From contig OY829846.1 in assembly GCA_963691875.1 (NCBI GenBank), positions 3,360,001 through 3,424,000 of the forward strand: DNA of 64,000 nt, given 5' to 3'. A program made the position numbers and the translations under genes. The DNA comes from Aureliella sp. (GTDB lineage: Bacteria; Planctomycetota; Planctomycetia; Pirellulales; Pirellulaceae). The notes under the pieces are model-generated. The model saw only the letters and a program-made list of their open reading frames with translations. It was not told the DNA's origin and did no database searches. Of the stretch, positions 50,653 to 60,209 are shown one piece after another. The stretch's first letter is position 1. Each line of letters begins with the position of its first letter.

Positions 50653-51270
50653 ATTCGTGCAAGGAAGCTCAGAATCTTTTACAAAGAGAGTCTCGAAAGC
50701 CGTCGCATACTTGCAGCTAGCCCTAGCTGGGATGATTCAGGAATGGGCAGCGCCGAGTTGCAGTACTACATCAGCGAGACGCCGAGCTACTAGCAACAGA
50801 CGTCCTGAGGACAAGCGATCGCAACTGCGTTGAAAGCTTGGCTGAAGGCGAAGTTCCAATGCTCGTCTGGAGCTACCTCCGGCAGCACAGAGTGGACGCC
50901 AACGGTGATAACCTCGTGACTCTTGGCGAGATCGATGGGACTCTAAAAGCACATCGAATGGAACGCTTTAACCAAGTAGATGACAACCAGGATGGGGTGC
51001 TGGCTTCGGATGAAATTCCTGAGTTGCTGTGGCGAAGGATCGAGAACGCTGATTTCAACGGCAAGGTGGTTTCTTTTGAGGAACTGGAATGGACCGGATG
51101 CTCACTAGGTTTGAGCAACTTGATGACAACGGCGATCAAGCGACTACAAAGGACGAAGTGTCGGAGCGACTTTAGCTCAGACTGGGCCAGTACGATGCCA
51201 ATGAAGATGGTAGCGTAACTGAAGAGGAGCTTCCTCAGCGACGAGAACCACTAGATCATTACGCTCGTCT
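50653..51270 (+). pseudogene. Decayed EF-hand protein with a planctomycete LEPR-XLL-type N-terminal motif
   Basis: IRARKLRIFYKESLESRRILAAS (LESRRILAA at 50692-50718), then stops/frameshifts; EF-hand-like loops DANGDNLVTLGE, DDNQDGVLASDE and, in another frame, DDNGDQATTKDE, DANEDGSVTEEE. Confidence 0.65.
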
Positions 51271-51723
51271 AGCGGAAATGGCAGCGCGAGAATTTCGCAT
51301 GTTTCGCTAGTCGACCCATGCGAAACGGCCAAACTACTATCGTGTTTGCTTCGGAGGATAGACTAAAAAATGTTCTGTATTCCGATTTTCCGAATGTCAT
51401 GCGTGACACTAGCTCAACCCACAACCCCTGAAATACTCTACGCACTCCGCCAGCAATTCTCGCTATGTGATTTAGCGGGTGGTGTTTGGCGCTCAGGCCG
51501 GCAAGGAATTCCGCATCCCGGTAACGTAAGGCGGCTTTCCCATTGCAATATGCGATTGGCCGAGCAAACACGAAGTGCGTACGGTAGTCTTGAGTTGGAG
51601 TAGTAAGGCGGAGGGCGAGTCAGAACGCCACCCAAAGTTCGTTCTCACGCAGTATTTCCTTGCGTGACTACACTTTTCATTGGTAGGAGTTCTTCTGCGG
51701 TTCGCCTAAGGTTTGGGATAGAA

Positions 51724-52401
51724 ATGGCAACGATGGTTTCAGCTGACAGTTCTTCGGCCGGTAAAAAATCAGGCTTCCCATCACGCGACGAAGTGCTGCG
51801 TTTGATTGAGCAAGCACGGGCCGGTGAGACCGAGCCGCTAGGTCAGTTGCTTGAGTTCTACTTCAACTACCTAACCGTCCTGGCGAGCACTCAACTCGAC
51901 CACCGGTTGAGGAAACGGCTTAGTCCATCCGATCTCGTGCAAGAAACCATGATGGCCGCGCACAGAGATTTTCAGGCTTTTCGTGGTAACTCTCCGCAGG
52001 AACTCGTCGGTTGGCTCAGGCAGATCTTGATAAACGTACTGCATGGGGCAATCGCGAAACATGTGAAAGCTGGCAAACGAGACATTCGTCGCGAAGTGTC
52101 CATCGACCAAGTGGTTTCCGGTGTCGACCGTTCGGCTGCCAACTTGGCGTCGATTCTGCCTGGGAGACAGGATTCTCCAAGCAGTCCGATTCACTGCGAA
52201 GAGCGGGCTGCAAGCCTTGCAGAGCACCTAGCGAAGCTGCGGCCTGATTATCGCGACGTGATCATCCTGCGAAATCTAAAGGGCTTGCCTTTTGACGAGA
52301 TCGCGGGAGAAATGGGACGAAGCTCTGGGGCTGTCAGGATGCTGTGGCTTCGAGCAATTGATAAGTTCAGGGACACATTTCAGACGGAGGTAGATTCCTA
52401 G
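51724..52401 (+). CDS. ECF sigma-70 factor, planctomycete Ser/Thr-kinase-associated type
   Basis: LIEQARAG..LGQLL..Y..YL.., RLSPSDLVQET, WLRQIL, KRDIRRE, SPS, region 4 YRDVIILRNLKGLPFDEIA..MGRSSGAVRMLWLRA. Confidence 0.92.
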   Translation: MATMVSADSSSAGKKSGFPSRDEVLRLIEQARAGETEPLGQLLEFYFNYLTVLASTQLDHRLRKRLSPSDLVQETMMAAHRDFQAFRGNSPQELVGWLRQILINVLHGAIAKHVKAGKRDIRREVSIDQVVSGVDRSAANLASILPGRQDSPSSPIHCEERAASLAEHLAKLRPDYRDVIILRNLKGLPFDEIAGEMGRSSGAVRMLWLRAIDKFRDTFQTEVDS

Positions 52402-52532
52402 GCCCGAAAACGGCGCACACCTCCTCTTTTCGGTCTTTTTGTCTCCATTCGGGGTTAGAACTGCGGAATTCGTAGTAATGCAACTACGTCAAAGCACGGT
52501 GCAACAAGTCCTTTGCGGCGTGCTTTTCGACG

Positions 52533-55082
52533 TTGCTAGTGAGAAACAATGTGAATGCCTCAAGTCATTCAGTGAGCGAACCCTCACTGTTGCGCGGCCT
52601 ATCCGAGCAGCAGCAGGTTCGACTTACAGAGCTACTTGATCGCTATCTTCAAGAGCTTGAGCAAGGCAACACGCCCTCGCGAGAGGGTCTGCTCGCCGAT
52701 CACTCGGATCTTTCGCCGGAATTACGCCAAGCACTGGATCTGTACCTCGACAAGCTCGGCGAACTCTATCAGATGGTCGAAGGACGTCCGGCTGCGCTGG
52801 GCAGCGACCTTCAAGGCAAGGTGCTTAGCGATTACAGACTGGAGGAAGAGATTGGCCGCGGCGGGATGGGCATCGTCTTCTCGGCATACGACACTTCGCT
52901 AAAGCGTCAAGTTGCCGTGAAGCTGCTTCCCATGGCGGCGATGCTGGAGCCCAAGTACGTAGATCGCTTCCGTGGTGAAGCGCAAGCGGCAGCCAGCCTT
53001 GAGCACCCGAATATCGTTCCGGTGTATTCGGTCGGCGAAGAAGGAGGAATCCATTACTACGCGATGCGATTGATTTCCGGCCAGTCTCTGGATCAACGTA
53101 TTCAAGCTCATCGTGAGAAGGGCACGCAACCGCCGTCGCACTCAGCCTTGATGCAATTCGCTGATATCGCCGAAGCGCTGCATGAAGTGCATCAGTACGG
53201 AATCGTGCACCGAGACATCAAGCCTTCGAATCTACTGTTGGACAACTCCGGCAAGCTGTGGGTTGCAGACTTTGGTCTAGCGAGATTCCAAGCAGAGTCA
53301 GCCCTGACTCGCACAGGCGAGATGATTGGCACAATGCGATACATGAGCCCCGAACAGGCTCAAGGACGCGGTGAGCTCGTGGATCATCGTAGCGACATAT
53401 ACTCACTCGGGGCGACACTTTACGAGCTGTTAACGGGCCAGCCCGCAGTACCGGGAGAAGAAGGTCCAGGGCTGCTACGAACACTTACGACGCAATCGCC
53501 GATTCACCTGCGGAAGTTGCGGCCAGATTTGCCAGCGGATTTCCAGTTGGTTCTGGAAAAGGCGATGGCGCGGCACCGTGAAGATCGTTATGCGACAGCG
53601 GCTGAGTTTGCGGCCGACTTGCGTCGAGCTGCTCGCAGCGAACCGATTGCCACCAAACTTGTATCACCGATGGTGCTGACGGCTAGGTGGATTACGAATC
53701 ATCCTCGTGCCGTGTCCATACTGATTGCCTGCGCGGCCATGTTTGGCTTGTTTATCGCGACCGGCTTTTACATGCACAATCGCCTGTTGGCCAACGCGTT
53801 AGACAATGCATACCACGAGGTTGAACAACTACAAGCACTAGAGACCGAGAAGACGATTGATTCCCTGGCGATGATTCCAGGCGCCGAGGGCGTACGACAA
53901 TCCTTGATTAAGAGGCACGTACAGCACTACCGAGATTTTGTCAGTCAGCCGTTGGTCGACAAAAAAATGCTTCCCGCTCGCGCAGGAGCCTATTATCGCC
54001 TCGGGATTTTCAGTGAAGAACTCGGAGAAGTCTCCGAAGCTGTACTCTACTACGGGCAGGCTGAAGAGATTTACGCGAGATTGGTTGATGCAGACGAGGT
54101 ACGAAACAGAATCTGGCTCAAACGTTCTCAGAACTTGAATCAGTTCGCTTTAGCATTGCGAAAATCTGGCCAGCATTCTCGAGGCGTCAAATTGCTTGAG
54201 CGCTGGATTGCCGGGATGGACGAATACGCCAGCCATACTCGGCTACCGCCTACTGTGGCCCATCAGTATGGGCTCTCACAAAACAACTTTGGTCTGCTCA
54301 TGCAAAAGATGCCTGAACAGAAGCAAAGGGCTAAAGCAGCGTATTTGCAGGCCATTGAAACGTTGGGGCAACTGAATGAACAAAATCCGGACGATTTGGA
54401 GATCATTCGCGTCCTTGCCGCCACACGCCACAACCTTGGATCACAGCTTGCCAAGGAGAACAATCAAAAAGATGAATCGCTCAAATTACTTCGGCAGGCC
54501 TACGGGGCTCAGTTGAAATTGGCGCAGGCTTCAGACAATCCCCTTCGGGCCTCGATCGATTTGGTCGCTACTTATATTAGTCTTGGCAACCTCTACTTGG
54601 ATAGCGATCCGCGGCGTGCGGCAGTGATCTTTGAAAACGCAGTTGCGATCAGTCGGAAGCTAGTTGAGATTTCTCCGAAAGTGGATGACTACCGCCGGGA
54701 TTTGGCGGTATCGCTCTCCAATCTCGGAATGGCTCATTACCGGGCCGGCGATGCCGAGCGAGCCAAAGCTAACTTGAAAGAGTCGGTGCACTGCTATCGG
54801 CTGCTGCGGCAGAGCTATCCTGATCACGACGGATTACAATACAGCCTTGGTATTGCACTGAACAATCAGGGCATTATTCTGCAGCACATCGGTGAATCGC
54901 GAGCTGCAGAGGACGCTTACATTCGTGCCGCTCGACTGCTAGAGGAAACGCAGCCTTCAGCAATCGAAGCACTGAACAATGTTTACACCAATCACCTCCG
55001 GATGTTACGGAATGCAGGAAGGGAAGCGGACGCCCTAGAGATTGAAAAACGGCAGTTAGCACTGAACACGAGTAAGCCATGA
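52533..55082 (+). CDS. Hanks-type Ser/Thr protein kinase with a TM helix and C-terminal TPR-like repeats; start uncertain
   Basis: IGRGGMGIVF, VAVK, HPNIV, HRDIKPSN, DFGLA, GTMRYMSPEQ, SDIYSLGATLYE; TM AVSILIACAAMFGLFIATGFYM; LAVSLSNLG/LGIALNNQG repeats. Confidence 0.93.
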   Translation: MLVRNNVNASSHSVSEPSLLRGLSEQQQVRLTELLDRYLQELEQGNTPSREGLLADHSDLSPELRQALDLYLDKLGELYQMVEGRPAALGSDLQGKVLSDYRLEEEIGRGGMGIVFSAYDTSLKRQVAVKLLPMAAMLEPKYVDRFRGEAQAAASLEHPNIVPVYSVGEEGGIHYYAMRLISGQSLDQRIQAHREKGTQPPSHSALMQFADIAEALHEVHQYGIVHRDIKPSNLLLDNSGKLWVADFGLARFQAESALTRTGEMIGTMRYMSPEQAQGRGELVDHRSDIYSLGATLYELLTGQPAVPGEEGPGLLRTLTTQSPIHLRKLRPDLPADFQLVLEKAMARHREDRYATAAEFAADLRRAARSEPIATKLVSPMVLTARWITNHPRAVSILIACAAMFGLFIATGFYMHNRLLANALDNAYHEVEQLQALETEKTIDSLAMIPGAEGVRQSLIKRHVQHYRDFVSQPLVDKKMLPARAGAYYRLGIFSEELGEVSEAVLYYGQAEEIYARLVDADEVRNRIWLKRSQNLNQFALALRKSGQHSRGVKLLERWIAGMDEYASHTRLPPTVAHQYGLSQNNFGLLMQKMPEQKQRAKAAYLQAIETLGQLNEQNPDDLEIIRVLAATRHNLGSQLAKENNQKDESLKLLRQAYGAQLKLAQASDNPLRASIDLVATYISLGNLYLDSDPRRAAVIFENAVAISRKLVEISPKVDDYRRDLAVSLSNLGMAHYRAGDAERAKANLKESVHCYRLLRQSYPDHDGLQYSLGIALNNQGIILQHIGESRAAEDAYIRAARLLEETQPSAIEALNNVYTNHLRMLRNAGREADALEIEKRQLALNTSKP

Positions 55083-56299
55083 GTCAGCCCAACGACAACA
55101 CAAAACGTCCGGATTCACGCAGCCATCGCAAACGATTCTTGCGCGTCGAGCTTCTGGAAACTCGCAGCTTGCTGGCTGGAGATGTGTTCGGATACATGGA
55201 TAGCCAGTTCGACAATCTCGACTTGAACTCGAGTTCTACCACTCGCCCAACGTCCGAGACTGCGGAGGTCTCCTCCGAGCAAGCAAACTTCGAGACATGG
55301 CTCATGAAGGTCGCAGTTTTCGATGAAGATGCGGAGGCAGAGGGTGAGCCACCGGCGGGAGCTCAAGCAGAGCCGACTGCAGCTACTCGCGTACCGCAAG
55401 GACCGGCCTTGCCAAGTTTGATTCAATTTGTAGAGCGAAACGACTCACAGCTTGTCGAGCCTCCAGCGCCAGCGTCGAGCGATAGTCTCATTTCTTCCAG
55501 CCAGGTGGGCGAACAAAGCTCGATCAGTGGGCGGGCTTCCGAGCAAATTACATCATCCGAGCCCTCAATTGAGGCTGCTGACGTAGTTTTCTCGTTTGGT
55601 CTGCAATACCCAACCTCGGCAAGCTCTGCGCTAGGTAACAGCTTACCGAACAATGCTTATGCCAGCGATTTCAAATCCCTTCCGACGAATTCACTAATTT
55701 CCAGTCCAAGCAATAGTGTTTCTAACCTGCTTGGGACTTTGTCCAGCAGCAGCAAGCGATATGCAGAGCAGCAAGAGCTAGGATCGCTGCTGAACGATTT
55801 AGCACAAGAACACTTCAAGACTGGCTTCCAAGACCTTCTTTCTGACTCAGCGTCGAATGAAAAAAGTGCTTCCGAGCAAGTTCTGGTAGATCACGATACT
55901 CCGGTGGAAATCAGAGAAGCGATGATCGAGGTGCAGAACCCAACAGGCGAGATTCTGGATGGCCTGATGGCGATGGAGATTCCTCAGGACTTGTTGCCAA
56001 ACCACTCGGAGTTACTTGAGCACGGCAAGGATGGCGTTTGGGCTGTGCCGCTTGGGGTTTATCGCCAAGGCGAAGTTGCTCTGGGCAACGCAGCATTGGC
56101 TCAAGCCAACGATGCTATGAACACAGCTCGTAGCAAGGAAAGCGATCGGGAGGTCGAAAATACTGGTCAGCTCATCATTGCCTATCTCAGACCCATTGCA
56201 GCTGCCACTTCCGTTGCGTTTGGTGCCATCTTCATCGGCTTCAAGCGACAGACCGATCGCGATGACGAAGTCCGCAAGCAGTTCGAACAACTGCGTTAA
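55079..56299 (+). CDS. Hypothetical Ser-rich protein with N-terminal LEPR-XLL-type motif and C-terminal hydrophobic anchor
   Basis: RSHRKRFLRVELLETRSLLAGD; ATG overlaps the kinase stop (ATGA); C-terminal IAAATSVAFGAIFIGFKR. Confidence 0.8.
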   Translation: MSQPNDNTKRPDSRSHRKRFLRVELLETRSLLAGDVFGYMDSQFDNLDLNSSSTTRPTSETAEVSSEQANFETWLMKVAVFDEDAEAEGEPPAGAQAEPTAATRVPQGPALPSLIQFVERNDSQLVEPPAPASSDSLISSSQVGEQSSISGRASEQITSSEPSIEAADVVFSFGLQYPTSASSALGNSLPNNAYASDFKSLPTNSLISSPSNSVSNLLGTLSSSSKRYAEQQELGSLLNDLAQEHFKTGFQDLLSDSASNEKSASEQVLVDHDTPVEIREAMIEVQNPTGEILDGLMAMEIPQDLLPNHSELLEHGKDGVWAVPLGVYRQGEVALGNAALAQANDAMNTARSKESDREVENTGQLIIAYLRPIAAATSVAFGAIFIGFKRQTDRDDEVRKQFEQLR

Positions 56300-56426
56300 G
56301 CTGAGCCGCAAGTTGCTTTTCACAATGAAGTACGTTTAAGTTTCGCCATGCTTGTTATTCCCGAGCCAGCTCCTACTCTCGAGGCCGAGGGCTAGCAAAG
56401 TTAGAAGCGGTTGAGGGAAGCAGAAG

Positions 56427-56956
56427 ATGCAGGATGACGCCAGTCTGAAGAACGACGCCACCCCATCGCTTGATGATGCGTCCGCCCGGCCATTACCTGA
56501 TCACGAAATGAAGACTCGTGGACGGGACTGGATGGTTTTTCCGCCTATTTTTGCAGCGCAACTGCGGGAGGGATCTTTGGGTTTCCCTTTGCCCAAGCCT
56601 TGGGGATTGTGATTGGATTCGTTTGGTCGATATTCGTCGGCACTGTCCGCTTTCTGGCCCTTGCATTTCTGTATCGTAGCCGGATGCCGAGCGGCCGATT
56701 TCGAGTTAGACTCGGATTTTCCGGAGCCCTGACTGGCTTTGCCTGCGTGTGTCTGCCATTCTTGGGCGCCCTCTGGAACCCGCAAGATATTCCAGAAGAG
56801 AGCATTTTCCCGCTTGCTATAGCAGCGTTGAGCGCCACAGTTTCGGGCGATCCCGTGGCGTATTTGGCAGCTTCTTGCCGCCCAGCGCCTAGCACTTTGG
56901 CGGCAGGTCATAGAATCCGTGACCGCTATGATCTGCCCATTTCCCCGCCCGCTTGA
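56427..56956 (+). pseudogene. Possibly split small membrane protein
   Basis: Two overlapping ORFs (56427-56612, 56600-56956) with hydrophobic segments that look contiguous across a frameshift near 56590. Confidence 0.35.
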
Positions 56957-57081
56957 GAGCTTCCGGCCGTAGGGGCTGAAGAATGTATGCTGTTCCGCTA
57001 CGGAAACGCTATCATGAGCAAATGCAGCAGGCTGCAAGGCGTCCCTCAGAGTGAGAGAAATCTGAACCCCACCTTGAGTGT

Positions 57082-57801
57082 TTGCGCGCCGAAAATCTCC
57101 AAAATCAGACGATTCGGGAACCGACGCTGGGCCTCCAACGTCTTTTCCCGCAGTATTTGATGCACAGCGAAATGCAAAGCAGAGAGCCGCCAAGCAATCC
57201 GCAGCAAGGTCCGGGGACATCAAGTCAGACTGCGCTCGGCGAAGATCTGGATGTCATTGCGCGCGTGCTAGATGGCGATTCGGCTGCCTTTGAGGAGCTG
57301 GTCCGCAAGTACGAGAGACGCCTCCTGGGGCTATTGCTTCACGCTTGTGGTGATCGAACACTCGCCGAAGATATGGCTCAGGAAGCCTTTGCTCGCGCCT
57401 ACCGTAAACTAAATCTGTTTGCGGGCCACGCGCAGTTTTACACCTGGTTGGCCAAGATTGCGATGAATTTGCTGGTGAGCAATCAGCGGAAGAAACGCAT
57501 CGAAAACCAAGTAAGTCGTGAGGGTTTCGACGTTGTTATGGACTCGGTTGGCGGCGACGCACAACCCGAACAGCAGCTTGAGCAAACCGAAATGCAGCGT
57601 AGCGTGCGGGCTGCGATTGCTATGCTAGACGAAGAACGCCGTGCAGTACTACTACTGCGTGACTTTGATGGACTTGATTACGAGGCGATAGCAGAAACTT
57701 TAGAGATCCCCGTTGGCACAGTTCGCAGTCGATTGCATCGCGCTCGATTAGAACTGAAAACTATTTTGCAACAAAAGGCCTCAGAGCTAGGCTTCTTCTA
57801 G
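57082..57801 (+). CDS. ECF sigma-70 factor (SigW/RpoE-like); true start may be ATG near 57160-57172
   Basis: GDSAAFEELVRKY, LAEDMAQEAF, FYTWL.KIA.N, RAVLLLRDFDGLDYEAIAETLEIPVGTVRSRLHRAR. Confidence 0.93.
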   Translation: MRAENLQNQTIREPTLGLQRLFPQYLMHSEMQSREPPSNPQQGPGTSSQTALGEDLDVIARVLDGDSAAFEELVRKYERRLLGLLLHACGDRTLAEDMAQEAFARAYRKLNLFAGHAQFYTWLAKIAMNLLVSNQRKKRIENQVSREGFDVVMDSVGGDAQPEQQLEQTEMQRSVRAAIAMLDEERRAVLLLRDFDGLDYEAIAETLEIPVGTVRSRLHRARLELKTILQQKASELGFF

Positions 57802-57804
57802 ACG

Positions 57805-59880
57805 ATGACCGAACGCACTACAGGAATTGAAAACGAGCCTTTTGAGTTCCAGGAAGAGTGGTTATCCGCTTATCTGGACGGAGAACTGACTTCGGAACAA
57901 CGAAGTGCAGTTGAGGCGCGTTTGCAATATGATTCCAATGTTCAGCAGATGCTGCTCGATCTTCAGAAAGTACGCAGCCTTGTCGCTGGCTTGCCTGAAT
58001 GGCCCAGTGCTTTCGGGAGCCTTCGAGATTTTCAGGTTCCCGGTAATTCTGATGATGCAGCACTAGCTGAACCGCCTGCAGCAGGCGAGGTTTTGCTGGA
58101 GTCAGCCAAGTCGGTAGAGGAACTAAAGCCACTGAATGAGAACACGACTTTCGACGCCCCTCGACAAAATGACATCGAGGAGCCCTCTAGCCCACCTCTC
58201 AAAATGCAAACCAGTGAAAAGGTCTTGGGCACTAGTAGAGAAACGGAAGACTTAGAAGTAACCCAAGCCACACAGAAAGAAACCAAGCCTGTAGCGGGTA
58301 AAGAAGCGGACAACCGAACTGAGACGCCATTGCAACATGAGCACTTAGAAACGCAGAAACGGACAAGTCCCGAAATTGGTCTTGCAGGCGATTCCGACGA
58401 CTCGTTTGATGCGGACAAGCAATCTAATTGGGATGACAGGGCAGACGAAGAAACAGCACTTGAAAGCGGAGACTCCGATCTGGTAGCTGCAGTTCGCGAA
58501 TCAGCCAGTTTCTTCAGCGACGACAGCAAGCAGTCAATTCTGCCGCGCTTAGCAACGGCAGCCAGCCTGTTTGCGATGCTCGGCTTGGGGTACTTTCTTT
58601 GGGAACCCATTGCAGGTTCGATAGGCGTTGCAGCCCGGTCTGAGAACTCTCCGGTCAAGGAGCAAGTAGACATGAGCTCGGTCCGCGGTAGACCAGAATC
58701 AGACGAAAAATTACCAGCCGCTCCAGCGGCTTCGACCGCTAAGAAGCCGGAAAACTTCTCAAGCGGAGAATCAGCAGACGCAAGCGTAGACAGCACCGAG
58801 GACTTCGATGTACCTGAAGGGCGCATGCCGTTTGCAGAAGCGCAATCGAGAGTTGCGGCACTTGAACAATCACGACTTCCAGCGCCATCTGATTCTGGTT
58901 TCGCAAGCAATTCTCAAGTAGACAAATCTACTTTACCACCGACTGGCGTAGTGCCACCTGCAATAGATTCCCCCAGAGTTCAATCCAGAAGAATGCAGTC
59001 GGGTTTCGGCGGAAAAGACGGCGTTGCCTCAACACGATCCATTGGTGGAGGAGACGGCGGTTTGGCGTCGGGGGGTGGTACTGGCTTGCCACCAGCTGGC
59101 ATGAAACAGGCTCCAGTGGAAAGTACGCGAGCAGCTCCGGGCTTCGCAGCGCCAAAGATAACGAAAATGGAAAACGGATTGCATCTTGCCGAGTCGAAGG
59201 TAAAAGTTTCAGAATCAGCAGCCCCAGTAATGGAAATGGCGTCTTTAGAGGATCTTCCCGATCAACCACTCAGCGAATCTGAGTCGCCAGACAATGCACC
59301 GAGATTAGGCAGCGGAATTCCCGCTCCACCTGCAAAGGCAGGAATTGAACCGGATAACCAAACCACAATCATTGCAGGATTGGATCTCGGCATACTGCCG
59401 CAACTGAATCGTCAGACAAAGATACCCCTGAGTCGTTATGAAGTAGTCAGCGACGGAAGCTGGTCGGTAGATCAGATGAAGCAGGGCCTTCTACGGCTCA
59501 ACAATCACCGTATGCAAAACGGTGCTCCAGAGGCAGCTATCGGCAAATTTGAGGGTACAACCGAGCTTTTGCTAAAGCAGATCCTGGAAGATACCACTTA
59601 CCAGAAACTTTCCCGCTCGCTCGCAAATCGTGGAAGACAACAGCCGGTTGGCGAAGCCACTAGTAGTGACTTTTCAGAAGCTGCCTCATTTGATCTGGAA
59701 AAGGAGAGCATCGCTCCTGCGAAGTCAATCTTGTTGTTTACTCATCGAGCCGCAGCCGAAAAGCTTCTTCAATTGAAAAGTGTTTCGGAAGCTACCGGAC
59801 AATACCTTTGGGTCCGATCTCCCAACGGACGGGAAAACCCAGGCGACAAAGTTTTATTGCTGCTAAACCCCAAGCAATGA
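57805..59880 (+). CDS. Putative anti-sigma factor (zf-HC2-like helix without Cys ligands, single TM, long disordered regions)
   Basis: EEWLSAYLDGELTSEQRSAVEARL, 3 bp after the sigma stop; TM LATAASLFAMLGLGYFLW. Confidence 0.75.
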   Translation: MTERTTGIENEPFEFQEEWLSAYLDGELTSEQRSAVEARLQYDSNVQQMLLDLQKVRSLVAGLPEWPSAFGSLRDFQVPGNSDDAALAEPPAAGEVLLESAKSVEELKPLNENTTFDAPRQNDIEEPSSPPLKMQTSEKVLGTSRETEDLEVTQATQKETKPVAGKEADNRTETPLQHEHLETQKRTSPEIGLAGDSDDSFDADKQSNWDDRADEETALESGDSDLVAAVRESASFFSDDSKQSILPRLATAASLFAMLGLGYFLWEPIAGSIGVAARSENSPVKEQVDMSSVRGRPESDEKLPAAPAASTAKKPENFSSGESADASVDSTEDFDVPEGRMPFAEAQSRVAALEQSRLPAPSDSGFASNSQVDKSTLPPTGVVPPAIDSPRVQSRRMQSGFGGKDGVASTRSIGGGDGGLASGGGTGLPPAGMKQAPVESTRAAPGFAAPKITKMENGLHLAESKVKVSESAAPVMEMASLEDLPDQPLSESESPDNAPRLGSGIPAPPAKAGIEPDNQTTIIAGLDLGILPQLNRQTKIPLSRYEVVSDGSWSVDQMKQGLLRLNNHRMQNGAPEAAIGKFEGTTELLLKQILEDTTYQKLSRSLANRGRQQPVGEATSSDFSEAASFDLEKESIAPAKSILLFTHRAAAEKLLQLKSVSEATGQYLWVRSPNGRENPGDKVLLLLNPKQ

Positions 59881-60209
59881 TGCAACAAACGCAACTTTTC
59901 CGGCCGTTGCTTGACCTTTATCTGCGCTCGAATACGAACCCTTTCGCGGCTCCCTATTCTCCCGGCTGCCCTTCCGACCAGCGAACCACTCTCGGCAGCC
60001 TTGTCTCTAGAGTTTGGATTTCGAGCGAAGTAGCTTCGGACAAAGAACCTGTCGATTCAGGTGGTTCTCTCTTCCAGAAGATGTAGTAGCGAACTCCGAA
60101 ATTCGTACAATTTGGGCACTGCGCACAGCCATTTCGGCAGGTACTTGGCCATCGCGTTGCCAAAGTCCCAGAAAACCACGACAACTACTCCATTTCCGGC
60201 ATAACTCCG

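Noticed and set aside
59881..60209. T-box or other leader upstream of valS
   Set aside because: No T-box consensus or terminator/antiterminator was recognisable.
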